Shown: positions 11,271-23,274 of the stretch, piece after piece | How positions within the stretch are numbered: position 1 is the stretch's first letter | How the letters are laid out: every line of letters starts with the position of its first letter | Source: Macrostomum lignano | Taxonomy: Eukaryota | Direction of reading: 5' to 3' | DNA length: 28,143 nt | NCBI GenBank assembly: GCA_002269645.1 | Contig: NIVC01005034.1 | Coordinates: 1 to 28,143 of the forward strand | Program-made: the position numbers and the translations under genes | Notes under the pieces: model-generated | Databases searched by the model: none | Told to the model about the DNA's origin: nothing | Seen by the model: only the letters and a program-made list of their open reading frames with translations

Positions 11271-11926
11271 TCGGTATGCAAATTATCGGTTCCGTGTCTG
11301 CAGTCTGTTTCTGTGTCTGAAGTCTTAGCACTATACAAAATCTGATAGTGCTATCGGTGGACCAGGGAATGCATGTACATGTATACTAAAGCTAGAAACT
11401 GTCCGTGACTAAAGCTCTTTACTCCACACACCGGCGTCAGCTCAAGCTAGCTCCGGCAAGAAGGCATACCAAGGCCAAATCAGATTTTTCAAGCCAATTA
11501 AGTTGCTAATTATAAAACACTCGAACTTACGGGCCTGCCCTGACTCCCCATCTCTCCAACCTAACTAGCAAAGCAACAGCAGCGCGCCGAGCGTAGAAAA
11601 TGCAGATTGCACTGCGCCAACCCGCCTATTTGTCTGGGACACTTGAACAGCTCAACCGGCACCTGCTAGCACAGAGCCAATGCACTGGATAGCTGGGCTA
11701 TACTTGTACCATTGCAAAGCTGTTAATTATAGCCAAGACAGACATTTTCTGATGCGCGAAGGAGATCGAAATCGCAGGAAAAAACCTCCCTTTGTGAAAG
11801 GTAACCGAAGGTCTGTCCAGTGGCGTAGCCAAGTATTCCCTGACCTTGAAAATAATTCTTACAACTTTCAACAGCAAATGTTGATGGTAACATGTAGGAA
11901 TACAAATTCGGAATTCAGAAGATAAA

Positions 11927-12905
11927 ATCTTGTCTGTGGCGCTAAACTCTTGTCTGTGGCGCTAAACTCTTGCCTGTGGTGCTAAACTCTTGTCTGTGGC
12001 GCTAAACTCTTGCCTGTGGTGCTAAACTCTTGCCTGTGGCACTAAACTCTTGCCTGTGGCGCTAAACTCTTGCCTGTGGCGCTAAACTCTTGCCTGTGGA
12101 GCTAAACTCTTGCCTGTGGCGCTAAACTCGCCTGTGGCGCTAAACTCTTGCCTGTGGAGCTAAACTCTTGGCTGTGGCGCTAAACTCTTGCCTGTGGCAC
12201 TACTAAACTCTTGCCTGTGGAGCTAAACTCTTGCCTGTGGCGCTAAACTCTTGCCTGTGGCGCTAAACTCTTGCCTGTGGCGCTAAACTCTTGCCTGTGG
12301 AGCTAAACTCTTGGCTGTGGCGCTAAACTCTTGCCTGTGGAGCTAAACTCTTGGCTGTGGCGCTAAACTCGCCTCTTGCCTGTAGAGCTAAACTCTTGCC
12401 TGTGGCGCTAAACTCGCCTGTGGCGCTAAACTCTTGCCTGTGGAGCTAAACTCTTGGCTGTGGCGCTAAACTCTTGCCTGTGGCACTACTAAACTCTTGC
12501 CTGTGGCGCTAAACTCTTGTCTGTGGCGCTAAACTCTTGACTTTGGCGCTAAACTCTTGCCTGTGGCACTAAACTCTTGCCTGTGGCGCTAAACTCTTGC
12601 CTGTGGCGCTAAACTCTTGCCTGTGGCGCTAAACTCTTGCCTGTGGCGCTAAACTCTTGCCTGTGGAGCTAAACTCTTGGCTGTGGCTCTAAACTCGCCT
12701 CTTGCCTGTGGCACTAAACTCTTGCCTGTGGCACTACTAAACTCTTGCCTGTGGCGCTAAACTCTTGCCTGTGGCACTAAACTCTTGTCTGTGGCGCTAA
12801 ACTCTTGCCTGTGGCACTAAACTCTTGTCTGTGGCGCTAAACTCTTGCCTGTGGCGCTAAACTCTTGTCTTTGGCGCTAAACTCTTGCCTGTGGCACTAA
12901 ACGGT
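11927..12905. repeat. 20-bp minisatellite (GCTAAACTCTTGCCTGTGGC), about 48 copies, in Rab11 intron 2
   Basis: Exact 20-bp period is visible from 11941. Indel variants (ACTACT, CTCGCCTCTT) recur. Confidence 0.95.
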
Positions 12906-13088
12906 GCTAAACTGACACTAAAAATATTTTGTTCAGTAACTGGGAGCTGGGACTCATTGCCCCGCTGGCAAAGCAGATTCCCTTGCACCTGATTCTCTTA
13001 CAATGACGTTGACTATGGTTGTTTCAAATCAAATATTCAACTCTTGAAGCCAGGTCTTAAACGTTTGACACAGAACTTGTGTATTCAC

Positions 13089-13263
13089 CTCTCCTGCCCA
13101 GCAGTGTCCCAGATTTGGCTCTTCACAACTTTGCCATTAACCCGGATGCTGCGGGTAGCAAACTCTACACCAATGGTGGACTTGGACTCCAGGTTGAACT
13201 CATTGCGAGTGAATCTGCTGAGCAGGTTGGACTTGCCAACTCCAGAGTCGCCTATCAGGACAA
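13089..13263 (-). CDS. RAB11: Rab11 exon 2 (P-loop to switch II)
   Basis: [40 protein letters not shown]...[10 protein letters not shown] is a Rab11 signature. Acceptor TTTTAG|TT (phase 1). Donor AG|GTGAAT (phase 2). Confidence 0.95.
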
Positions 13264-13539
13264 CTAAAATGGAAAGTTGATATTTGTATTTAGGGGGATT
13301 CCACAATACCCATATGCAGTATTAAATCTTATAATAATATAAAAATGGTAACAATTGAAAATAAGTAAACAACAATAAAGATCTAGAGAATAATACTTAT
13401 GGTTTTGTAATTTTTAATAATAAATGCTATTAAATGAGTAGAAAAGATAAATAGCATTTTGTACTTATTAAGGAAATGATTTTTGCTATATTATCACTTC
13501 TATAAAAAAATCTCAACTGCCAAGTGGAAGAGGCAGTTG

Positions 13540-13977
13540 ACTCTTCCACCACAGGTGCTGACCTACAGGCTGGAAGCCATCCCCATGACTGCCACTCGTG
13601 AGGCGAGCTTGGAGGCCTGCCATCATCACCTCCTGCATAATGCCCTGTGCATCTAGTTCCCCAAGCACGTGAGCAACACTGAGCTGACAGTCTAGACCCA
13701 CATGCTGCCCCTGGTCACACTTTGCAGAGGCGGCGCCAGATATTGATCAGCCACTGCCTGCGGGCCCACACACAAGGCACCAGGCCCCCACTCACTGACC
13801 TGCTGCTTAGCCCACCTTGTGGGAGACTCCACCAGGGCCAGGCGCGCTGCACCACTCTGACTGACACTCTTCTCACTGACTTACAGGCTCTGGGCCTTAC
13901 CTCTTAGTCTGCAGCTAGGCTGGACTCAGCTGTTTTCCACCAATGGGTGCTTCGCTGACCCCTGAGCCAGCATCTGT

Positions 13978-14028
<51 letters not shown>

Positions 14029-14042
14029 GTATTAATAATAAT
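13540..14042 (+). mobile_element. 5'-truncated, decayed RTE-clade LINE with (AAT)n tail, antisense in Rab11 intron 1
   Basis: Translation VLTYRLEAIPMTATREASLEACHHHLLHNALCI*FPKHVSNTEL ... RRRQILISHCLRAH...LTDLLL...GQARCTTLTDTLLTDL resembles the post-RT C-terminus of RTE ORF2 (LLYG.E.W.L......LD.....LLR..L.I.W..HV.N.EL...RR.....GHC.R). It has in-frame stops and ends in an AAT run at about 13979-14042. Confidence 0.7.
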
Positions 14043-14402
14043 AAAAGTAAATATGTAGATTAATATATAATCTTTGGATTTCAAAGGATTATATATATGT
14101 ATTGGTTTGGTCAAAGTTAAGAATATTTATTAAGGTTAATTGTATAAGGAATTTAAAAAATATAAAATCAGAAAAAATATAGGTAAGTTTCATTTCCTCA
14201 TGAAATTGTAGCATATTTAGAACTAAAATCAAACATCACCACAATCTATTTGGGTGGCATGGATTCACTAACAAAAAGTCATTATCATTAAAAATGGGTG
14301 AATGCAAATTGAAAGATAATGAGTTATGGGTAGGGAAAACATGTTAACTTAATTCCGAGACATGGATGAACCAGAATTCAGCACTCAAATAGGCTAGGAA
14401 GG

Positions 14403-14589
14403 CGGTGGCGTACGCAGCCCCCCCCCCAATTGCCTAGGGAGGTGACTGATGGAGGTCTTGCCAGAGGCGACTAGCCAGATAGAACCCTAAAAATGTCCTT
14501 TATTGTTGCAACTTGTCGGTGCAGATGGACGATACTCCCCCTGGGCTGTTGGCGCCCCTCTTCAATGGAAAATTCTGCGTACGCCACTG
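14403..14589. mobile_element. 187-bp hAT-type MITE
   Basis: TIR CGGTGGCGTACGCAG vs reverse complement CAGTGGCGTACGCAG (14/15). Flanking 8-mers TAGGAAGG (14395-14402) and CAGGAAGG (14590-14597) match 7/8. Confidence 0.8.
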
Positions 14590-14636
14590 CAGGAAGGGAA
14601 AAAAATCATATCATAATTTCAAAATAAAGAATGTAC

Positions 14637-14676
14637 CTTTGAAAAGATAGTCATATTCGTCATCCTTTGAAGTCAT
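14637..14676 (-). CDS. RAB11: Rab11 exon 1
   Basis: ATG at 14676 gives MTSKDDEYDYLFK, the Rab11 N-terminus. Donor AAAG|GTACAT is in phase 1 and matches exon 2. This exon is absent from the ORF track. Confidence 0.92.
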
Positions 14677-17236
14677 AATGGTATAAAATAAAGCAGCTAT
14701 ATTTAAAATCACGTCTAGATGATTAGACTCTTTAAACTACTTTTGCCTTTTCCTCCTTCCTAGATCCTAACTCCTACAGATAAAAAATTTCCTGGATTAA
14801 AAATCTGTTTCCTTGAAAACGACAACTTAAAATATAGCACTTTAGAACTGTAAAACAAAAATCCACACTTATGATGACTTCTCTTACAGATTTTACATAA
14901 AAGTGCAAATGTATTTTACTAAAATTTATTCGAATATTCCTATTAATGAGCTAGTTGCACAAACAGTTTTACTTGCTTTTTATTGCTTTTCTGTTTTATC
15001 CGCTGCTTTTCTTCGAAACGAACCGATAAGCTAGCTTTGATTTTCTCAGCGTTTCAACCTATTACATGTAGGCCCTATTGCTTTTTATGTTTCAAATTTC
15101 AAATCATTAAAAAATTATTGATCTGTCGGCCATAGAGTAGAGTGTATACCCTTGCACTCGAATGACACTTGTCTGTCGCTGTAAGTCGTGTAAGACAGAT
15201 AGACGTGACATTTCTGGGGATTCTAGCGCAATGGAATTAAATCTGGAATTGTCTAGTTAGGGCCTATTTAAAAGTTACAATACAATTATATCAGGATAAG
15301 TTTATTTAAATGTTTAAAATGCCAAAGAAATTTTCTATATTCACAATTGAGCTACATTTTTAGATATTATAGGTCTATCTTGTCATTCCTTTTCTTTAAT
15401 TGTCTTGTATATTTCACTTGCTCTTTAGCTAGTCGTAATGCCTAGGCTATGAATGATTATTGTATAATATTTTATTTGATATAGTAATAATTTTATAATT
15501 ATTGAGATTCTTGGAATAATTTACTGTCAAATCTAGCTTATAGATGTTCTATCTATTAAACAAGTAGTCTATAAACTTTTGCAACTTTTCTAAGTCAAAG
15601 TGTGACAGTGTAATTCAAAGAAGCATATGTACAAGTATTGTATTTCCTTATCTTGTATGCATGCTGTGCTAGTGATACTTGTATTCTTTTATATTTTAAC
15701 AATATTCTATATGTATTATTATTGTAGTAATGTTACAATTGAATCTATAGTTTGTTTGTGGCCTTGTATGTATTTATTCTAGTATTATTTGTATTTCTTG
15801 CATATTGAATTATTTCTTGTAAAGTAGTTCCATTTATCTATGTACATGTATTGACATTCTAATAATCCTGCATAATACTTGTATTTTATCAATCATATTT
15901 TATTATATTGTGCCTAAGAGGGGTCTAGTTTTTGGATTAAGCTTGTTGTTATCTTGTTTACTTACCAATTATAAATATACTCTTGCAGTCAGCAGCCACT
16001 CTTTTCCTTTGTTTATTTGCTTTGCTTTTTGCCTTAAGCTTGAGGGTGATCAAATAAATTACCAGTCTATATAACTAAATTTACAAAAATTTTGCTATGG
16101 GTAAAATCAGCTGCTAATCTGCTAGATTATATGTTAATCCAATTATTTGCTAAATAATAAAAAAGCTGTCCTCCCACTTTATTTGTCACAAAAGATTTTT
16201 TTCAAGTTAAACAAAATTTAAGTTGTCTCTTTTTAAAAATTATCCTAAATTATATGCACTTATCTATCCTTCAACACTATGCCTGTATTTAATTTAATAC
16301 TAAATTTTAATACTAAAATACACTCTAAAGTCCAATGTTTATGGCTCTCTTATTTTGTGTTTAAATAAGCAACTAATTCTTTTGAGTACTTCCATGGGTA
16401 TGTAGTCATTTTTTCTGCTACCTTTGCTAACTATATTGTATTTTTGCAGACAAGAGAGGTAGACAAACTGGAAGCAGACAAAATGACTATCAGCCCCTCT
16501 ATGAGTTTTTAGAATTAAAAAATCTTAGTGAGCTAGACTAGGCAAATAACTTATTTTAACTTATTTAGGGCCAGAATCTTGAATAGAGGCAAACAGGATC
16601 ATAAAAACCTATGAAGGCATAGTATTTTTAGTAATCAAAGTAAAAAATGAAGCTTATGCTATGTTTCTTTGATGCAAAAGATATTTTGCATCTAGAGTTT
16701 CTACCTCAAGGCTAAACCAATAATTAACATATATGCAAAAAGATTTTGCAATGTCTACTTTGCTCAGTATAAGACAAGAGGCAAGCTTTGTGGCAAATAA
16801 ACTTAGTTTTTTATTAGCATACATCCCTTGTTGTTAGATACATGCTTATAAAATTTAAAATAAAAGATTGTTTATTATTGCTATTAATAATTCTAAGATT
16901 TTTTTTTATTTGTAACAATATCAGTAGTATGTAACTATTTTTAAAAAGTAGTTAAAATTTTAGTTTGAAATAAAAAATTGCAAAATGTAGAATTAATTGT
17001 TAGCAAATATTAAGATTCATCAAAGTTATATTTTGGTTGAGATTCTTAAAGTAATGTAAGTTGACAACAATAGTCAGGCTTTTAACTTTTTGATGCTTTT
17101 TTCACAGAAGCCAAGCTGTTTTTACTTTATTTGAAATAAAAAATAGGAACAATAAAATTAAGATGAGCGAACTGTGAGCTGCCTACTGAAAGTAAGTAGC
17201 ATGCAGAGCAAAAGAATCAGCCTCTTTAACAACTTG

Positions 17237-17701
17237 ATGCAGCGCCAGGTCAGCGGTCAGCACAGCAGCAGATCCCGCGCTCTGCAGGCCTCCGGCGGCA
17301 GTGCTGGCGGCGGCCGCAGCGGCCATCGGTCCCCGAGCCTCTCCGACCGGGAGGACATGCTGCTGGACAGCAGCAACAGCGGCGGCGCCGGTGGTGGTGG
17401 CGACTTCTCGCACGATTCAGCCGCGCTGGTGAAGGACCGGAGGCGCGAGCTGCACACGCAGGCCGAGCAGAAGCGCAGGGACGCCATCAAGCAGGGCTAT
17501 GACAAGCTGTACGAGCTGGTTGGCGCCGCGCCCAGCGCCTCGGCTGCCGGCGGCGCCGCCGCTGCTGGTGGCGGATCCGGAGAAACTAACGCCAAGTCGC
17601 TGAGCAAAGCGTCCATCTTGCAGAGGTCAATCAGGCACATGGAGCATCTGGCCAAGCAGAAGGAGTTGCAGGAGCGCGAGCTGGACAAACTGCACAAAGA
17701 G
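17237..17701 (+). CDS. MLX: Mlx (Max-like protein X) bHLH exon; true 5' end uncertain (17163-17243)
   Basis: RRRELHTQAEQKRRDAIKQGYDKL...LSKASILQRSI...ELDKLHKE. Donor GAG|GTGCGA at 17701 (phase 0). One possible start is a micro-exon MSEL (17163-17173) joined to the acceptor at 17221. Others are the ATGs at 17201 and 17237. Confidence 0.88.
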
Positions 17702-17715
17702 GTGCGAGGGTGCTA

Positions 17716-19235
17716 GCCTTGATGAGTGCCATTCCAGCCTTGATGAGTGCCATTCCAGCCTTGATGAGTGCCATTCCAGCTTTGATGAGTGCCATTCCAG
17801 CCTTGATGAGTGCCATTCCAGACTTGATGAGTGCCATTCTAGTATTGATGAGTGCCATTCTAGTATTGATGAGTGCCATTCTAGTATTGATGAGTGCCAT
17901 TCTAGTATTGATGAGTGCCATTCTAGTATTGATGAGTGCCATTCTAGTATTGATGAGTGCCATTCCAGCCTTGATGAGTGCCATTCTAGTATTGATGAGT
18001 GCCATTCTAGTATTGTTGAGTGCCATTCTAGTATTGATGAGTGCCATTCCAGCCTAGATGAGTGCCATTCCAGACTTCATGAGTGCCATTCTAGTATTGA
18101 TGAGTGCCATTCCAGCCTTGATGAGTGCCATTCTAGTATTGATGAGTGCCATTCCAGCCTTGATGAGTGCCATTCTAGTACTGATGAGTGCCATTCTAGT
18201 ACTGATGAGTGCCATTCCAGCCTTGATAAGTGCCATTCTAGTATTGATGAGTGCCATTCTAGTATTGATGAGTGCCATTCTAGTATTGTGAGTGCCATTC
18301 TAGTATTGATGAGTGCCATTCCAGCCTTGATAAGTGCCATTCTAGTATTGGTGAGTGCCATTCTAGTATTGTTGAGTGCCATTCTAGTATTGATGAGTGC
18401 CATTCCAGCCTAGATGAGTGCCATTCCAGACTTGATGAGTGCCATTCTAGTATTGATGAGTGCCATTCCAGCCTTGATGAGTGCCATTCTAGTACTGATG
18501 AATGCCATTCCAGCCTTGATGAGTGCCATTCTAGTACTGATGAGTGCCATTCCAGCCTTGATAAGTGCAATTCTAGTACTGATGAGTGCCATTCCAGCCT
18601 TGATAAGTGCCATTCTAGTATTGATGAGTGCCATTCTAGTATTGATGAGTGCCATTCTAGTATTGATGAGTGCCATTCCAGCCTTGATGAGTGCCATTCT
18701 AGTATTGATGAGTGCCATTCCAGCCTTGATGAGTGCCATTCTAGTACTGATGAATGCCATTCCAGCCTTGATGAGTGCCATTCTAGTACTGATGAGTGCC
18801 ATTCCAGCCTTGATAAGTGCAATTCTAGTACTGATGAGTGCCATTCCAGCCTAGATGAGTGCCATTCCAGACTTGATGAGTGCCATTCTAGTATTGATGA
18901 GTGCCATTCCAGCCTTGATGAGTGCCATTCTAGTACTGATGAATGCCATTCCAGCCTTGATGAGTGCCATTCTAGTACTGATGAGTGCCATTCCAGCCTT
19001 GATAAGTGCAATTCTAGTACTGATGAGTGCCATTCCAGCCTAGATGAGTGCCATTCCAGACTTGATGAGTGCCATTCTAGTATTGATGAGTGCCATTCCA
19101 GCCTTGATGAGTGCCATTCTAGTACTGATGAATGCCATTCCAGCCTTGATGAGTGCCATTCTAGTACTGATGAGTGCCATTCCAGCCTTGATAAGTGCAA
19201 TTCTAGTACTGATGAGTGCCATTCCAGCCTTGATC
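17716..19235. repeat. 21-bp minisatellite (GATGAGTGCCATTC-CAGCCTT/TAGTATT) filling the Mlx intron
   Basis: About 70 copies of two main variants. It explains all MSAILVL/MALINTR/LEWHSS ORFs. Confidence 0.95.
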
Positions 19236-19314
19236 TAGGGATTCTGCTTAGTGATATACAATACAAGTTGCTCATAAATCATAGCTAATAACTAAACCTG
19301 TCTACCAACTGCAG

Positions 19315-19656
19315 GTGATGGCGCTGAAGATAATGAAGATGAACTATGAGCACTTTGTGAGCAGTGCCGGAGCATCTGGCGGGGCTGCGGCCGCCTCTTC
19401 GCCGCAGTCGCAGCCGCTGCCCGAGCAGGTGAAGTTCAGCGTGTTCCAGTCCGTGATGGACCAGCTGTTCGCCGGCTTCGACCGGTCCACGTCGGCTGGC
19501 AGCTTCGCCGAGCTGTCCGGCTGCGTAATCACCTGGCTGGAGGAGCAGTGCCGGCCGCAGACGGTGCACGAGCTGTCTGTACAGGCGCTACAGCAGGTGC
19601 TGACACAGTACAGCCAGCAGCAGCAGGGCAGGCAGGCTCCTGGCAACCGGCTGTGA
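19315..19656 (+). CDS. MLX: Mlx last exon (zipper end and DCD)
   Basis: Acceptor CTGCAG|GTG. VMALKIMKMNYE...KFSVFQSVMDQLF...SFAELSGCVITWLEEQCRPQTV matches the Mlx C-terminus. Stop TGA at 19654-19656. Confidence 0.92.
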   Translation: MMALKIMKMNYEHFVSSAGASGGAAAASSPQSQPLPEQVKFSVFQSVMDQLFAGFDRSTSAGSFAELSGCVITWLEEQCRPQTVHELSVQALQQVLTQYSQQQQGRQAPGNRL

Positions 19657-19692
19657 GCTCTCATTAACACTACATTAGAGTACAGTGACTAA

Positions 19693-19954
19693 AATAACTA
19701 GATGGGCCACTCAGCACATTTGCGTTTAAACTACTTTCAGTTCAGTAGTAAGTTAAATAGAAGCATTTTAATGTATTTTAGGGCGGCACAGGTTTTTTCG
19801 TCATCTTACCCCCCTCCCCCCAAGCTGCCAAGTGGATGTACATGACAGATGCACTAATAACATGTCATTTCCATCTGCAACTGCCTTCTTCCTTACTACT
19901 GAACTGAAAGTAGTAAAAGCCCATATATTTGCCTAAGTGACGCGTCTAGTTATT
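19693..19954. mobile_element. MITE copy 1, about 60-bp imperfect TIRs (AATAACTAGA...CTACTTTCAGTTCAGTAGTAAG)
   Basis: Left end AATAACTAGATGGGCCACTCAG...CTACTTTCAGTTCAGTAGTAAG is mirrored by CTTACTACTGAACTGAAAGTAG...CGTCTAGTTATT. Confidence 0.75.
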
Positions 19955-20161
19955 AAAAATAGCATCTGTGGTCGCCTTTGCCCGTTGATAACTTTATCGT
20001 GACAAGAACTGGCTCTGGGGCGACTCTTGTGACTTGTGACTCAAACGACTGCAATACGACGGTGAGGCGACTGTTGAGACACAAGCGCATCACGTGAATT
20101 GCAGAATCGTAAGAGCCTCAAAAAAGTCATCCAAAAGTCGTGTTATCACCACAAATACTAG

Positions 20162-20579
20162 AATAACTAGATGGGCCACGCAGCACATTTGCGTGTAAGC
20201 TACTTTCAGTTCAGTAGTATGTTAAACTGAAGCATTTTTAAAGCCAAAGCTCATTAATTGGCTCTTAACCCCCCCCCCCCTCCATCCCCAGCTTAAACTC
20301 CAACCGCGCCTTTTCACACTGCCCCCGTCCCGCCCCAATTTTATTGCCATTCTCGGAATTCCAGCCTAAAGCTGCCATGTACATTTCAGTGGACTGGCTA
20401 ATGTACATTATCGCTGAACCAATTAGGAAGCTGTTTACGCCTGCAAGCTTGGGCTTCTAAACTTATCAAAGTCATTTCAGCTGCCTTTATTTTTATAAAA
20501 AAGCTTATGTATTCTTGCTTGCTACTGAACTGAAAGTAGAAAGCTGTTTTACTAAGTAAATATGCCTGAGTGGCCCATC
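20162..20579. mobile_element. MITE copy 2 of the same family; longer interior, right tip eroded
   Basis: Left end is nearly identical to copy 1. Right end is CTACTGAACTGAAAGTAG...CTGAGTGGCCCATC. The C-run and AAGCTGCCA..TGTACAT interior motifs are shared. Confidence 0.7.
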
Positions 20580-21476
20580 AACGAAAACTTATTAATTCTT
20601 ATTTGAAATTAACAGGCTTGCTGTCTGCTTGTGTATTCGAATATTTCCTGCCAAATCTGACTAATAACAGAATGCTGATTTACGAGCTCGTAGCTTTAAT
20701 CCCACTGGGCATCTTCTAACCAAAGCTAATCCCCAGCCTAGCACAGATCCCCGCGAGTGCCTTGCCCGCCTGTTTAATGATAATCATGAGCACAGCAGTT
20801 CTAAAATTCTATAATGTTCCAATCTGTATAAAGCAAACTGTTGATGTCATTATTTCTTCTATTTTATCATCATTATTTATTTATTATACCTGCAGGCAAA
20901 TTACTAATTAAATAGATTATATATAGTACTAGTCAACTCTCCCTACTTGCAGTAGTGTCCAATCTCTGCGTAAGAAAAAAAGGATTTAAAAATCCCAAAT
21001 AAGCGAGTCCGCAGTCCTTAACAATAACACTAATGAATTGCGAGTTGTTTGTGCAACTCTGTAAAGTTGAGCAGTTCAGGGAGGGCCTCGCCACTTCAAT
21101 TGAATTTTCATTTGGTGCCGTCGACTGCAGATTTTCAGTTGCTATGCTGCATGTGAGTCCCATGCAATCTGTTCTTCATCATTTTGATTTTTTTATCTTC
21201 ACGCGCTGGGCTGCTCATTGTGTTAATTAAACTCGCCCCCCTGTCGCTTGAGTCCGTTTTTTAGCAAAAGAAAAAAATTATGAAAATACGAAGTGCTGTA
21301 ATTATACATTTTTTCTCTGACGAATTCTTGTTGCTAACTTAAACTTTTGTGGATGAGCATTGATAATTATACAGCCTGCTGCTGGTTTTGTGTGCCAGCC
21401 ATCTGCTTATCACGCTAATTGAATATTTGGCTTTCGAATCTGGGCTTCTCTCACTGCCGTTGAACTGACTGTTAAG

Positions 21477-22555
21477 GAGCTGACTCTGATAAATCCCGCA
21501 TCCTGACACTGGCAGGTCCCGCCTCCTGACACTGACTGATCCCACCTCCTGACACTGCCTGATCCCACCTCCTGACACTGCCTGATCCCGCTCCCTAACA
21601 TTGACAGATACCATTACTTGACTCTGACAGATCCCATTACCTGACACTGACAGATCCCATTACCTGACACTGACAGATCCCATTACCTAACACTGACAGT
21701 TCCCGCCTCCTGACACTGACAGATCCCGCCTCCTGACTGATAGATCCCGCCTCCTGACACTGATAGATCCCGCCTCCTGACACTGACAGATCCCGCCTCC
21801 TGACTGATAGATCCCGCCTCCTGACACTGATAGATCCCGCCTCCTGACACTGACAGATCCCGCCTCCTGACACTGATAGATCCCGCCTCCAGACACTGAC
21901 AGATCCACCTGACACTGACTGATCCCACCTCCTGACACCTACAGATCCCATTACTTGACTCTGACAGATCCCGCCTCCTGACACTGGCAGATCCCGCCTC
22001 CTGACACTGACAGATCCCACCTGACACTGACTGATCCCACCTCCTGACACCTACAGATCCCATTACCTGACACTGACAGATCCCATTACCTGACACTGAA
22101 AGATCCCACCTCCTGACACCTACAGATCCCATTACCTAACACTGACAGTTCCCGCCTCCTGACACTGACAGATCCCGCCTCCTGACACTGATAGATCCTG
22201 CCTCCTGGCACTGACAGATCCCGCCTTCTGACACTGATAGATCCCGCCTCCTGACACTGGCAGATCCCATTACCTGACACTGACAGATCCCGCCTCCTGA
22301 CACTGACAGATCCCGTCTTCTGACACTGACATATCCCGCCTCCTGACACTGATAGATCCCGCCTCCTGACACTGACAGATTCCGCCTCCTGACACTGACA
22401 GATCCCATTACCTGACACTGACAGATCCCGCCTTCTGACAGTAGCAGATCCCATTACCTGACACTGAGAGTTCCCATTATCTGACACTAACAGTTCCCAT
22501 TGCCTGATACTGACAGACCCCATTACCTGACTCTGACAGATCCCATTTACCTGAC
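21477..22555. repeat. 23-bp minisatellite (CCTGACACTGACAGATCCCGCCT / ...CCCATTA)
   Basis: Tandem 23-mer with indel variants. It explains the minus-strand ORFs between 21339 and 22523. Confidence 0.95.
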
Positions 22556-23274
22556 AGCTCTCACTGGAATGAATAGAATCAGAAAAGTTTCAGAACGCTT
22601 TGATGTCGCACCAAAAACTCGGAAGGTAAAGCACTTTTAAATTAGCAGTGCAAAAGCAAAGCGTCTAGACTGAATGCCAAAGCTAATTCTCAGTTGCAAT
22701 GAAGCAAACCAATTTGATATTGGAACAATCATCACACTGTTGTTGGGGAGTTGGGAGCGAGCCATTTCGATATCGATCAAATTTCTATCCGAAATTTAAA
22801 TTACATTTTCTGTAATCCGACGCTAAACTGGGGTCGGAAAAGTTCCGCTCGCGAGCTTCAATTGATTAGCATAATGACATTCTGGGTTCTCTGTTTTTTT
22901 CCCTTCTTGCAGGCAGGCATCTCTTGGGTAAAAAAGCGGTTGGCTTGTGCTGTTCGCAGTTTTCTGTTGTTATCTGCATTGGTGATCCAGATCTGTGCGC
23001 TTCAAAGAAGCATTAACATGCAAAATTGCCGTGGCACCAGGGGCGAGCCAGCAGGGTCTGTTTGATGGGGCGCCAATTGAAGCTGGGAGATGTCAGTGCT
23101 GTGCTCCGAAGTTTCAGTTGTGCCCCGAAAATAACACGCATTTTCTGATCTCATTTGTTACATTTAACTTGCTTACACGGGATATGCTTACATGTACTTA
23201 TTCACATGCTTCCCATCGCCTACTGACGAGTAGCAAGAAAGGAATGTGAAGCGAATCTCATACTTCGTGTAAAA

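Noticed and set aside
11927-12905. CRISPR-like array
   Set aside because: Contiguous repeats with no unique spacers, in a eukaryotic intron. The same applies to all arrays here.
22751-23249. ORFs with a hydrophobic stretch after a good acceptor near 22912
   Set aside because: No recognisable homology, no GC3 bias and no partner exon identified.
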